This document shows positions 31,144-40,807 of a stretch of 64,000 nucleotides of DNA, in pieces. The DNA lies in contig CP182352.1 in NCBI GenBank assembly GCA_048571215.1, positions 1,536,001 through 1,600,000 of the forward strand, in the 5' to 3' direction. The notes beneath the pieces are model-generated. The model searched no databases, was not told where the DNA came from, and worked only from the letters and a program-made list of their open reading frames with translations. Source of the stretch: Halarcobacter sp. Its GTDB lineage: Bacteria > Campylobacterota > Campylobacteria > Campylobacterales > Arcobacteraceae. The first letter of the stretch is position 1. Each line of letters opens with the position of its first letter. The position numbers and the translations under genes were made by a program.

Positions 31144-31593
31144 ATGAAAACTATAGAAAAAAGTACAATGATAAAATGTACCCAAGAAGAACTTTTTAAT
31201 TTTCACCTTGATTCAAACAATATTACAAAAATAACTCCACAAAATATAAAAGTAGAATTATTAAATAGTGATACTAAAACCTTTGAGGGTAAAATAGTAA
31301 GAATAAAAACTACAAAATTTTTTATTCCAACATATTGGGAAGTAAAAATCGAAAAACTAGTTATGCCAAATATTCTTGTAGATTTAGCTATTAAATCCCC
31401 GTTTAAATACTGGAAACATCATCATATATTTATAAAAAAAGGCAATATGTGTGAACTTATAGATAATATAGAGTATGAACTTCCTTTTGGTATATTTGGG
31501 AAGATTTTTCAACCATTTATTGAATACGATATAAAAAATATGTTTGAGTATAGACATAAAATAACTAAACAATTATTAGAAGATAAAACTTAA
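31144..31593 (+). CDS. SRPBCC/START-like protein
   Basis: FNFH...ITP, SPFKYWKHHH, ELPFG, MFEYRH. Confidence 0.8.
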   Translation: MKTIEKSTMIKCTQEELFNFHLDSNNITKITPQNIKVELLNSDTKTFEGKIVRIKTTKFFIPTYWEVKIEKLVMPNILVDLAIKSPFKYWKHHHIFIKKGNMCELIDNIEYELPFGIFGKIFQPFIEYDIKNMFEYRHKITKQLLEDKT

Positions 31594-31601
31594 GACAAAT
31601 T

Positions 31602-31853
31602 ATGAAAACTATTTATGACATAAAAGAGGCAACAAAGGCTTGCGCAAAAGGAGAAGAGATAACTTTTGCAATAAACAAAGAGAATAAATACTCCTTGTTT
31701 TTATTTACCTATTATCAATATAAATACAAAACAAACAAAGAGTTTAAACACATCTCTTATGAAAAACCAAAAGATTTGCTTTACTACTTTTTGCTTTTTA
31801 TTTCAAAAATATCTTTTTCTTACTATAAACTAAGTTATAACTATAAAAAATGA
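31602..31853 (+). CDS. Hypothetical protein
   Basis: 83-aa ORF directly after the SRPBCC gene. Confidence 0.4.
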   Translation: MKTIYDIKEATKACAKGEEITFAINKENKYSLFLFTYYQYKYKTNKEFKHISYEKPKDLLYYFLLFISKISFSYYKLSYNYKK

Positions 31854-31858
31854 TACCT

Positions 31859-32887
31859 TTAATAAGCTCTTAAATACGACGGATTATCATATCCATTATA
31901 TTTAAACTGCTTTGCAGCTTTAAACATAAAGTTTGGTTCTCTTAAAAGCTCTCTTCCTAATGCCACAAAATCAGCTGTTTTATTGTTTAAAATCTCTTCA
32001 CCTTCACTTGGTGTTGTGATTAATCCTACAGCTATTACAGGGATATTTATTTGCTCTTTTATTTTTTTGGCATAAGTGCATTGATAAAGGGGTTCAAGTT
32101 TTGGCATATTGTCAACTTTTTCTTGGTTTCCACCTGCTGATACATGAATAGCATCAACCCCTATTTTTTCAAGCTCTTTTGATAAGTAGATAGAATCTTC
32201 TATATTCCATCCCTTGTCCATCCACTCCTCTGCACTAATTCGTACAATTAGTGGCAAATCAAGCTCTTTTTTAATCTCTTTTGCAGTTTCTAAAACAATT
32301 CTACATCTATTTTTTAAACTGCCACCATATTTGTCATCCCTTTGATTTGAAATAGGAGATAAAAATTCACAAAATAAATATCCATGTGCTGCATGAAGTT
32401 CTATGGCATCATATCCAACTTTTTTTGCATTAAGTGCTGTTTTTACAAACTTCTTTTTTATCTTTTCAATATCTTTTTTACTCATTGCTTTTGGGGTTTT
32501 AAAAGGTTCATTTGGGCTAAAAGCTATATTAGATGGTGCGATAGGTGTTGTTTCTTTTACTGTTGCTTTTCTTCCTGCATGGGCTATTTGAACTGCAATC
32601 TTAGAACCAAACTTATGACTAAGCTCTACAAGTTTTTTATGACCTTTTATTTGAGATTTTTCCCAAAGACCTAAGTCTTTATTTGAGATTCTACCTCTTG
32701 GTTCTATTGCCGTTGCTTCTACTATTATTAAGCCAACTTTCCCTAAAGCCCTAGCAGTATAGTGATATTTATGAAACTTTTTAACCTTTCCACTATCATC
32801 ACTTTGATACATACACATAGGTGCCATGATAATTTTATTGTCTAGTTCTAGACTTCCTATTTTAGCTTTTTGAAAAATTTGATTCAT
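31859..32887 (-). CDS. NADH:flavin oxidoreductase, old yellow enzyme (NamA/YqjM type)
   Basis: MAPMCMY, AHAGRK, HAAHGYL, RDDKYGGS, GRELLR. Confidence 0.9.
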   Translation of the reverse strand: MNQIFQKAKIGSLELDNKIIMAPMCMYQSDDSGKVKKFHKYHYTARALGKVGLIIVEATAIEPRGRISNKDLGLWEKSQIKGHKKLVELSHKFGSKIAVQIAHAGRKATVKETTPIAPSNIAFSPNEPFKTPKAMSKKDIEKIKKKFVKTALNAKKVGYDAIELHAAHGYLFCEFLSPISNQRDDKYGGSLKNRCRIVLETAKEIKKELDLPLIVRISAEEWMDKGWNIEDSIYLSKELEKIGVDAIHVSAGGNQEKVDNMPKLEPLYQCTYAKKIKEQINIPVIAVGLITTPSEGEEILNNKTADFVALGRELLREPNFMFKAAKQFKYNGYDNPSYLRAY

Positions 32888-32902
32888 GAAATATATCCTT
32901 TA

Positions 32903-33250
32903 AAATGTCCCATTTTAAAGGGACCTATCATTTTTGTCTTCTTTTTATCATAGGAAATAAATTCCTATTAAAAGAAGCAAAACCCTAAAGAAAGTAACGA
33001 GTTACTTTTATAAATGTCCCATTTTAAAGGGACCTATCATTTTTGTCTTCTTTTTATCATAGAAGATGAACTCCTATTAAAAGAAGCAAAATCCTAAAGA
33101 AAGCAACGAGTTACTTTTATAAATGTCCCATTTTAAAGGGACCTATCTTTTTTCTCTTCTTTTTATCATAGGAAATAAATTCCTATTAAAAGAAGTTTTG
33201 TACTTGTACTCTCTTTGAGAAAACCCTAAAGAAAGCAACAAGTTACTTTT
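32903..33250 (-). repeat. Three tandem copies of a 109-bp multi-hairpin intergenic element
   Basis: Units start at 32903, 33012 and 33121; stems GTCCC/GGGAC, CTTCTTTT/AAAAGAAG enclosing ATAGGAA/TTCCTAT, and AAAGTAAC/GTTACTTT. Confidence 0.9.
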
Positions 33251-33251
33251 T

Positions 33252-33881
33252 TTATTTGATAAACTCAACTACCTCTTCAAAAGGCAATCTAGCTTGTTTA
33301 GATTGAGGATTGATTCTATAGCCAAAAGGTAATACTAATGACAATCTATATTTACTTTTATCAATCTCTAAAACCTCTTCAACTTTTTCTCTATCAAAGC
33401 CTTCGATTGGACAAGAATCTATCCCTTTAACAGCTCCTGCTGTCATCATATTTCCAGCTGCTATAAATGTTTGTTTTGCAGTCCATGCAAAAATATTTTC
33501 ATCAGTGCTTAATGTTTCTTTTAAATGCCCTGCATATAAACCTAAATAAAAATCCAACTTCTCTTTTGGCATCTCTCTTCTAGCAAATCTTTTTTCTGGA
33601 ATACCTGATTCTGGTTTAACATTTTCAATTCCAGTTAAAATAATCACAAGGTGAGAACAAGTGGTAATTTGTGGCTGATCCCAACAAAAAGGTTTAAGTT
33701 TTGCTTTTAACTCTTCATTTGTTATAACTAAAAACTTCCATGCTTCCATACCAAATGAACTAGGTGATTTTCTTCCAGCCTCCAATATAAAGTGCATATC
33801 CTCATCACTTACTTTTTTAGTCTCATCAAAAATCTTACACGCATGTCTAAAATCCATTGCTTCCATAAATGTTTTTTCCAT
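33252..33881 (-). CDS. NAD(P)H nitroreductase (NfsB/FrxA-like)
   Basis: RHACKIFD, SPSSFGMEAWKF, GIDSCPIEGF. Confidence 0.88.
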   Translation of the reverse strand: MEKTFMEAMDFRHACKIFDETKKVSDEDMHFILEAGRKSPSSFGMEAWKFLVITNEELKAKLKPFCWDQPQITTCSHLVIILTGIENVKPESGIPEKRFARREMPKEKLDFYLGLYAGHLKETLSTDENIFAWTAKQTFIAAGNMMTAGAVKGIDSCPIEGFDREKVEEVLEIDKSKYRLSLVLPFGYRINPQSKQARLPFEEVVEFIK

Positions 33882-33909
33882 AATCTACTCCTAATATTTA
33901 TATTGATTA

Positions 33910-33991
33910 TTTAAAGTTCTTTCTAATTTACTATCTACACTTTAAATGCATCTTTAACTTTAACCATTGCCACTACTACTATATTATCCAT
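33910..33991 (-). pseudogene. Probable internally deleted antibiotic-biosynthesis-monooxygenase (quinol monooxygenase) remnant
   Basis: AAGGA RBS then ATG at 33991: MDNIVVVAMVKVKDAFKV*, followed out of frame by VDSKLE. Confidence 0.45.
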
Positions 33992-34003
33992 AATATTTCC
34001 TTT

Positions 34004-34753
34004 TTAATCTTTAAACACAAAACCCTGTTTTGTATAGTTTTCTTCAATTTTTCTAAAATAGATATTTTTATAATAGTTTGCAGTTTGCTCACAATATGAT
34101 TGTAAATAGTTCATATTATTATCAACTCTGAACTTTTTCATCTGCTTTTCATATAATAACACACCATCTTTTACTTTTTTGTCATCATACTTATCTTCAA
34201 AAGCAAAGCTTTCTATTGGAATTCTAGGTTTCAAAGGAGCATTTTTGGCTTCTTTTGTAGGTACTCCAATAGTAGTTCCAACAATTGGAAATGTTTTTGG
34301 TGGAAGTTTTAATAACTCAATCATTTTAGCTGGTTCGTTTCTAACAGCACCAATGGCAGTTGTACCATATCCCAATGATTCTGCACTTATTTGTATCGCA
34401 TTTAACATAATTCCAGCATCAACTGCACCCACAAGTACACCCTCAGCTGATTTATCAATTTGGTGTTCTTCTCCTGCTTGTTCTACTGCAAATATAGTTC
34501 TATTGAAATCTACACAAATAGCTATAAATACTTCAGCAGTTGCAACTTGTTGTTGTCCACCACAAAGTTCAGCTATTTGTTTTATCTTATCTTTATCTCT
34601 TATATATACTAAAGATATTTGTTGTCCATTTATAGAAGTTGGACATCTTTGTGCTGTTTTTATAATGAGTTCAAGGTCTTCTTGGCTGACACTTTCACCT
34701 GTAAATTGTCTTATAGACTTTCTACTACTTAATTGTTTTATAATCTCATTCAT
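34004..34753 (-). CDS. NADPH nitroreductase (NfsA/NfrA1-like)
   Basis: RKSIRQF, PTSINGQ, VDAGI, AESLGYG-x-x-x-IGAVRN, KPRIP. Confidence 0.88.
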   Translation of the reverse strand: MNEIIKQLSSRKSIRQFTGESVSQEDLELIIKTAQRCPTSINGQQISLVYIRDKDKIKQIAELCGGQQQVATAEVFIAICVDFNRTIFAVEQAGEEHQIDKSAEGVLVGAVDAGIMLNAIQISAESLGYGTTAIGAVRNEPAKMIELLKLPPKTFPIVGTTIGVPTKEAKNAPLKPRIPIESFAFEDKYDDKKVKDGVLLYEKQMKKFRVDNNMNYLQSYCEQTANYYKNIYFRKIEENYTKQGFVFKD

Positions 34754-34765
34754 AAATTATCCTTT

Positions 34766-35944
34766 TTAATTTGTTTGTGATACTACAACTTTATTATTTA
34801 TCTTATATCCAATAAAAATCAAAAATAAAGATAAAAATACAACCCCTGATGAAAATAAAATAGTTTGAACTAATCCCATATTTGTAACTATTGCTCCACC
34901 TAAAAAAGAAAATAAGGAAATACCAATATTAAAAGCAGAGATATTAAATCCTGATGCTACATCAACTGCATGGGGTTCATTTATTTTAGCTAATTTTACA
35001 ACATTAGCTTGTAATGCAGGAGTACTTCCAAAAGCAAAAATTCCCCATAAGATTATAACAACTATTGTTAAATATTTATTCTCTACAAAGAAATTAAAAA
35101 ATAATAAAACTATACTCAAAGAAAGATATGCTACAAACAATACCTTATTTACTCCAAATATGTCAGCAACTTTGCCACCAACAAAGTTTCCAACTACTGT
35201 TGAGAGACCAAATATCAATAGTATTATAGAGATAAGACTAGGTGAAAATTTTGTAATATCTTGCAAGATAGGTACAAGAAAAGTAAAAGCAATAAAAGCT
35301 CCACCAAAACCAAATATTGTGATTAGATATGCAACAAGAAGTTTAGGATTTCCTAATATTTTTAATTGTTTAAAAAAGTTTGAAGGGCTTATTACTCTTA
35401 CTTCTTTTGGTATAAGAAAAGCAATACCTATAAATGCTAAAGTACCTAAGATTGATATCAACATAAAAGTATCTCTCCAACCAAAATTTTGTCCAATATA
35501 AGTTCCTAGTGGAACTCCTGTCACCATAGCAATTGTTAAGCCTCCAAACATCATAGAAATTGCACTTGCTTCTTTCTCTTTTGGAACTAAACTTGTTGCT
35601 ATTGTTGCACCAATTGAAAAAAACAAACCATGGGTTAATCCTGTAACAATTCTTGCAAATATTAGAGTTAAAAAATTTGGAGCAAAAGTAGCAACAACAT
35701 GACCTAAAGAAAATATAACCATAGCACAAATCAATATATATTTTTTATTATATTTACTTGTAAGTGCTGTTAAAATAGGAGCACCTATGGCAACTCCTAA
35801 AGCATACATTGTTACTAAAAGACCAGTTGAAGGAACAGAGATATTTAAATCACTAGAAATTGTTGGAACTAATCCTACTGTAACAAACTCTGTAGTTCCT
35901 ATAGCAAAGGCACTTAAAGTTAAAGCAAATAAAGCTATTGGCAT
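34766..35944 (-). CDS. MFS transporter (DHA1, YtbD/NepI-like)
   Basis: FAIGTTEF, GVPLGT, FGWR. Confidence 0.88.
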   Translation of the reverse strand: MPIALFALTLSAFAIGTTEFVTVGLVPTISSDLNISVPSTGLLVTMYALGVAIGAPILTALTSKYNKKYILICAMVIFSLGHVVATFAPNFLTLIFARIVTGLTHGLFFSIGATIATSLVPKEKEASAISMMFGGLTIAMVTGVPLGTYIGQNFGWRDTFMLISILGTLAFIGIAFLIPKEVRVISPSNFFKQLKILGNPKLLVAYLITIFGFGGAFIAFTFLVPILQDITKFSPSLISIILLIFGLSTVVGNFVGGKVADIFGVNKVLFVAYLSLSIVLLFFNFFVENKYLTIVVIILWGIFAFGSTPALQANVVKLAKINEPHAVDVASGFNISAFNIGISLFSFLGGAIVTNMGLVQTILFSSGVVFLSLFLIFIGYKINNKVVVSQTN

Positions 35945-35959
35945 ATTTTCCCTTTTATT

Positions 35960-36541
35960 TTATAAAAAATTCTTAGCTAAAACTTTTTCAAATTTATCTA
36001 ACTCTTCTTTTAAATTTAAATCACCTTTGAAGATATCATGCATTGCATAAGTCTCAAGGGGTTCTAAGCCACAAAATTGGAAGGTTTTATGAACTGCAAC
36101 ATGAGCTTGGTCTAAAGACATTCCATCAAATAGGCTGTTTTTATTATTAAAAGCAGACTCAGGACAATTATATGTTAAAGATAACATATATTTTTTGCCT
36201 TTCATTAAGCCACCACTTCCATATAATTTTGAAGCATCATCTCTACTTCTTCCATCACTTGCAAAGTGTCGTCCTTGTGTAAATGTTTCATCTATATATT
36301 TTTTTGCTATCCAAGGAAGACCCATCCAATAAACTGGATATTGAAATAAAATATAATCAGCCCATTCAAACTTTTCTATCTCTTCTTCTTTCTCATAACC
36401 TTTTTCAATATGTGTTTGTTTTACTTCAAATCCATTTTTAGTAAAAAACTCATTTGCTTTATCTATAATATTTTGTGTTAACTCACCCTTTGCAACCACA
36501 TCATAATATTGATGACCATTTAAAATCAGAACTTTTTTCAT
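35960..36541 (-). CDS. mdaB: NAD(P)H:quinone oxidoreductase (MdaB-like)
   Basis: QYPVYWMGLPW, DGRSR...YGSGG, KYMLSLTYN. Confidence 0.8.
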   Translation of the reverse strand: MKKVLILNGHQYYDVVAKGELTQNIIDKANEFFTKNGFEVKQTHIEKGYEKEEEIEKFEWADYILFQYPVYWMGLPWIAKKYIDETFTQGRHFASDGRSRDDASKLYGSGGLMKGKKYMLSLTYNCPESAFNNKNSLFDGMSLDQAHVAVHKTFQFCGLEPLETYAMHDIFKGDLNLKEELDKFEKVLAKNFL

Positions 36542-37455
36542 AAAATCTCCTTTTGATTTAATTTAACTCTTTGAAATGAATACTTTGTATTAAACAATAC
36601 TACAGCTACAAAAGCTAACAAACATCCAATTACAGTTGATAACATAATATTTTCACCATATACAAAATAACTTGAAACAATAGCACCTATAGGAACTATA
36701 AACATAAAGACACCTGTTTGATGAGCTCCAATTTTGCTAGCAGAAATAAAAAATATAGTCATACTAAAGGTACCTGAAAATAAACCTATAAAAAGGATAT
36801 TCCACCAAAATACTGTATCTAAACTACTAACTTCAAAAGGATGATAAGGCATTGCAAGAAATAGATTTACTATACTTGTTACACCAAATACAACCAAAGT
36901 ATACAACATAGGGTTTGCTCTTTTTGAAGATTTTTGTGCAAAAATTGTAACTACAGACCAAACTAATGCACACTCTAAAAAATATGAACTATTTAGGTTA
37001 AGAAAAGATAATCCATCCATTGGAACCCTTAATAATATCAAAGCACCAAAGATCCCTACACCTAAAGCTATAACTTGTTTTTTATTAACTTTTGTTCCTA
37101 AAACAGCAATAGATAATAAATAAGTCAAAATTGGTACAATTGCAGTAACCATAGTACCACCATATCCCGCATCACCATGAGATAAGCCTAAAAAAAATAA
37201 AAGATTAAATAAAGCACTTAATAATCCAGCTAAAACCATATAAAGCAAACCAATTTTATCTGTTTTTAATGGAATTTTCATGTAAATTATTACTGGAATA
37301 ATAGATATAAAAGATATAGCATATCGCCAAAATGCTGCCACTTCGGCACTTGAATGTTCCATTACTATTTTTCCTGAAGTCCAAGCAATACCCCAAAAAA
37401 TCATAGCAACAATCATCCCTATAAAATATTTTGTTTTATTTTCTGTTCTAGTCAT
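36538..37455 (-). CDS. DMT/EamA transporter
   Basis: 10 TM segments, duplicated EamA-like halves. Confidence 0.82.
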   Translation of the reverse strand: MTRTENKTKYFIGMIVAMIFWGIAWTSGKIVMEHSSAEVAAFWRYAISFISIIPVIIYMKIPLKTDKIGLLYMVLAGLLSALFNLLFFLGLSHGDAGYGGTMVTAIVPILTYLLSIAVLGTKVNKKQVIALGVGIFGALILLRVPMDGLSFLNLNSSYFLECALVWSVVTIFAQKSSKRANPMLYTLVVFGVTSIVNLFLAMPYHPFEVSSLDTVFWWNILFIGLFSGTFSMTIFFISASKIGAHQTGVFMFIVPIGAIVSSYFVYGENIMLSTVIGCLLAFVAVVLFNTKYSFQRVKLNQKEIL

Positions 37456-37522
37456 ATAATTCCTTAATCTTGACGAAATGCTAATAGAATTATAAACTAA
37501 TAAACTTAATTTTCCCTTACTT

Positions 37523-37537
37523 TACTTTAGGTAAGTA
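37523..37537. promoter_or_regulatory. Putative HxlR/YodB-type operator TACT-N7-AGTA
   Basis: TACTTTAGGTAAGTA between the regulator and the divergent detox operon. Confidence 0.55.
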
Positions 37538-37587
37538 TAGGAAATTTATCTTTATTATGATATAATTCGATTATTAAAGGATTTATT

Positions 37588-37962
37588 ATGTATTATATAA
37601 ATGATAAAGAGTATAAATGTTCCGTATCTGTAACCTTAGATGTATTCAATGATAGATGGAAATTAGCAATTATTTGGCATCTACTAGATGGTAATAAAAG
37701 ATTTGGTGAACTACACGATACTATAAGTGAAATCACTCAAAAAACCTTAACAGTAAAATTAAAAGAGTTAGAAGAAAAAAATATTATAAACAGAGAAGTA
37801 TTTCCAGAAGTTCCTCCCAAAGTTGTTTATTCCCTAACTCCTGTAGGAGAAAAACTTAAAGCTGTTCTTGAAGAGATGTACAAATGGGGTATCTTATATA
37901 CTACAAGCCATGGTAAAGTTACCAAAGAAAATTCTTGTGATGTAAATATTAGCGAGAATTAA
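37588..37962 (+). CDS. HxlR/DUF24 winged-helix regulator
   Basis: N-terminal Cys (YKCSV), RWK, RFGEL, ITQKTL, EVPPKVVYSLT. Confidence 0.9.
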   Translation: MYYINDKEYKCSVSVTLDVFNDRWKLAIIWHLLDGNKRFGELHDTISEITQKTLTVKLKELEEKNIINREVFPEVPPKVVYSLTPVGEKLKAVLEEMYKWGILYTTSHGKVTKENSCDVNISEN

Positions 37963-38858
37963 TGGAAAACTTTATTCTTATACTTTTAGCCATCGCTTTA
38001 GGTTATGGGGTAAATAGATTAAAAATTTTTTCAAAAGATGCTGCAACTACCCTAAACCAGTTTGTAATTTATATCTCACTTCCTGCAATGATTTTATTGC
38101 AAATACCAAAGTTATCCTTTTCTATGGATATGTTAATTCCTATAATCATAGCTTGGAGTGTTATGGCTATAACTGCCATACTTACATTTTATATATCAAA
38201 ACTTTTAGATTTTTCAAAAGAGGTTACAGGATGTTTGATGTTGGTTACTATTTTAACCAACTCTTCATTTTTAGGTATTCCTATACTAAATGCATATATG
38301 GGAGAAGAGGCTTTACCCTATGTTATTGTATATGACCAATTAGGAACTTTTATAGCCTTGGCTACTTATGGTACATTTATAGCTTCATATTATTCAAGTA
38401 AAAGTGAACTAAGTTTTAAAATTATTGTTTATAAAGTTCTTACTTTTCCACCTTTTCTTTCTCTAGTGGTAGCACTATTTTTAATGGGTGTTGAATTTAA
38501 TGAAGTTATCACAAAAGTACTAGCATCTTTAGCAAGTACCATTGTACCTGTTGCTTTAGTAGCAGTTGGTTTACAACTAAAATTAAAACTTGCAAAAGAG
38601 GAGATAAAACCCTTTGCTGTATCTTTAGGTATAAAACTTATACTTGCTCCAGCGATTGCATTTTTAATATGCTTTTTATTCTCTTGGGATAATAAAGTTG
38701 CAACTATATCTATAATGGAAGCGGGAATGGCACCAATGATAACAGCAGGTGCAATTGCATCTATGGCGGGACTTGCACCAAGACTTAGCTCTGCAATTGT
38801 TGGATATGGAATATTGATTTCATTTTTTACAACTTTTGTATTGTTTAATCTTTTATAA
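37962..38858 (+). CDS. AEC family transporter
   Basis: ISLPA, NSSFLGIP, MEAGMAP. Confidence 0.82.
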   Translation: MENFILILLAIALGYGVNRLKIFSKDAATTLNQFVIYISLPAMILLQIPKLSFSMDMLIPIIIAWSVMAITAILTFYISKLLDFSKEVTGCLMLVTILTNSSFLGIPILNAYMGEEALPYVIVYDQLGTFIALATYGTFIASYYSSKSELSFKIIVYKVLTFPPFLSLVVALFLMGVEFNEVITKVLASLASTIVPVALVAVGLQLKLKLAKEEIKPFAVSLGIKLILAPAIAFLICFLFSWDNKVATISIMEAGMAPMITAGAIASMAGLAPRLSSAIVGYGILISFFTTFVLFNLL

Positions 38859-40006
38859 TGAAAAATACTAAAGAGTTTTATAAAAATCTTAATACTATAA
38901 AAGATTTTTCCCAAATCACACAAGAAAATCTTTATAAAAAACTCCCTAGTGATTGGTATATTTTAGTTAGTGACATAAAAAACTCAACAGTAGCAATTGA
39001 AAATGGGATGTACAAACAAATAAATTTTGTAGCCTCACTTGTAATAATAGGTATAGTAAACTTGGAAAAAAACTTGGAGTTGCCTTTTATCTTTGGTGGT
39101 GATGGAGCTAGTGTTTTAATACCCAAATATCTACTTGAAAAATCAAAACAAGTCCTACTAGAAGCTAAAGAAAAAGCAAAAGAGAACTTTGGATTAGAAC
39201 TTAGAGTTGGAATAGTTCCCCTTAATGAAATAGAACAAAAAGGCAAATCAATATATGTAGCTAAATACTCTATCTCAAAAGATCACAGCCAAGCTATAGT
39301 AAGAGGTGAAGGTCTAAGCTTAGCTGAAGAGTTACTAAAAAATGAAGAAGAAAAATATAGTATAAAAGAGAGCTTGATAAACAATAATTTTGCTAATTTT
39401 AGTGGACTTGAATGTAGATGGCAAGATATACCCTCACCAAAAGATGAAACCTTATCTTTATTGGTAAAGGTTATAAATAAAGAGAATAGTTCACAAATAT
39501 ATAAAGAGTTAATATCAAAAATAGAACAAATAGCAGGAGCTTCAACACAAAGACATCCAATCAAATCTATTGATAACCTAAACCTATCTTTTAATCCTAT
39601 GTATCTAAATGCAGAAGCTTCTACTTTCTCATCAAATATATTTTCAAAGAGTTTTGTATTTTTAAAAATATTTGTAGAAAATATTTTAGGTTTATTTCTT
39701 ATGAATAAAAAAACATCCCAATGGGCTGATTACAAAAATAGAATTTTAAGAACAACAGATACAGAAAAATTTGATGATATGCTTAGGATGATTATAAGTA
39801 CTAATAAAACTCAAACAAAAGAGTTATTAGAGTATTTTGAAACAAAATTTAAAAACAAAGAGATAATTTATGGAGTTCATATCTCAAACTCTGCACTTAT
39901 GACTTGTTTGATATTTGAACGACATGGAAAACATATCCACTTTGTAGATGGTTCAAATGGTGGTTATGCATATGCTTCAAAGCATATGAAATCAAAAACA
40001 ATATAA
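38858..40006 (+). CDS. DUF3095 family protein
   Basis: SDIKNST, FGGDGA, GLECRW, HIHFVDG-x-x-GGYA. Confidence 0.75.
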   Translation: MKNTKEFYKNLNTIKDFSQITQENLYKKLPSDWYILVSDIKNSTVAIENGMYKQINFVASLVIIGIVNLEKNLELPFIFGGDGASVLIPKYLLEKSKQVLLEAKEKAKENFGLELRVGIVPLNEIEQKGKSIYVAKYSISKDHSQAIVRGEGLSLAEELLKNEEEKYSIKESLINNNFANFSGLECRWQDIPSPKDETLSLLVKVINKENSSQIYKELISKIEQIAGASTQRHPIKSIDNLNLSFNPMYLNAEASTFSSNIFSKSFVFLKIFVENILGLFLMNKKTSQWADYKNRILRTTDTEKFDDMLRMIISTNKTQTKELLEYFETKFKNKEIIYGVHISNSALMTCLIFERHGKHIHFVDGSNGGYAYASKHMKSKTI

Positions 40007-40067
40007 TTGGTTTATTTTCCATTAATCTATTTAAAGTAAAATTACAAAAAAATTATTAGGAACAATT

Positions 40068-40793
40068 ATGATGAAACTATTAAAAACTTCACTTTTAGGG
40101 CTTGCTTTAGTATCAACTTTAAGTGCAAATGAAAATCTATCAACTAAACAAATTGATGAAATTCAAAATTTACAACTATTTAAAATGGCACATGTAAAAG
40201 TAAATAAAGGTGTAGATGTAGGTTCTGTTTATATGTTAAGTGTGACAGTAAAAGGTAAAGGTGATCAAATATACTTAACAAAAGATAAAAAATATCTAAT
40301 CCCAGGTGATATAATAAATACAAAGACTGGTCAACCACTTATCCTACCAGTTGATTTAAAACCAACACTAGGAAAAGAAACTTTCACTTATGGTACAGGG
40401 AAAGATGAATATGTACTTTTTACAGATCCTGAATGTCCATATTGTAAAAAATTTGAATCTTTTTTACCACAAATTAAAGATAAAGTAAAAATTAGAGTTT
40501 TCTATTTCCCTTTAAGTTTTCATAAAAATGCAGAAGATATCGCTATATATATCTTAAGTCAAAAAACAAATAAAGCTAAAGTAGCAGCTATGGAGACCAC
40601 AAAAGATACTCCTGCATTTAAAAATAGAAAATATGAAAAAACTGAACTAGAGAAGTTAGAAAAACAATTAAATGAACAAATTGCTTTAGGAACTTCACTA
40701 GGTGTTAGTGGAACACCTACAATCTTTGATAAAGATGGGAATAAAGTACAATGGCCAAAAATGCTTCAAAAATATGGAGTAATTCTAAAATAG
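40068..40793 (+). CDS. DsbC-like thiol:disulfide isomerase
   Basis: Signal peptide, FTDPECPYC, GTPT. Confidence 0.85.
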   Translation: MMKLLKTSLLGLALVSTLSANENLSTKQIDEIQNLQLFKMAHVKVNKGVDVGSVYMLSVTVKGKGDQIYLTKDKKYLIPGDIINTKTGQPLILPVDLKPTLGKETFTYGTGKDEYVLFTDPECPYCKKFESFLPQIKDKVKIRVFYFPLSFHKNAEDIAIYILSQKTNKAKVAAMETTKDTPAFKNRKYEKTELEKLEKQLNEQIALGTSLGVSGTPTIFDKDGNKVQWPKMLQKYGVILK

Positions 40794-40807
40794 ATTGTGT
40801 AAACAAT

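Noticed and set aside
32903..33250. 109-bp repeat as a second CRISPR array or IS ends
   Set aside because: No unique spacers, transposase, terminal inverted repeats or target duplication seen
34179..34769. 196-aa plus-strand ORF and similar shadow ORFs (e.g. 888-1283, 38429-38923, 51908-52537)
   Set aside because: Antisense to well-supported genes, with no motifs of their own
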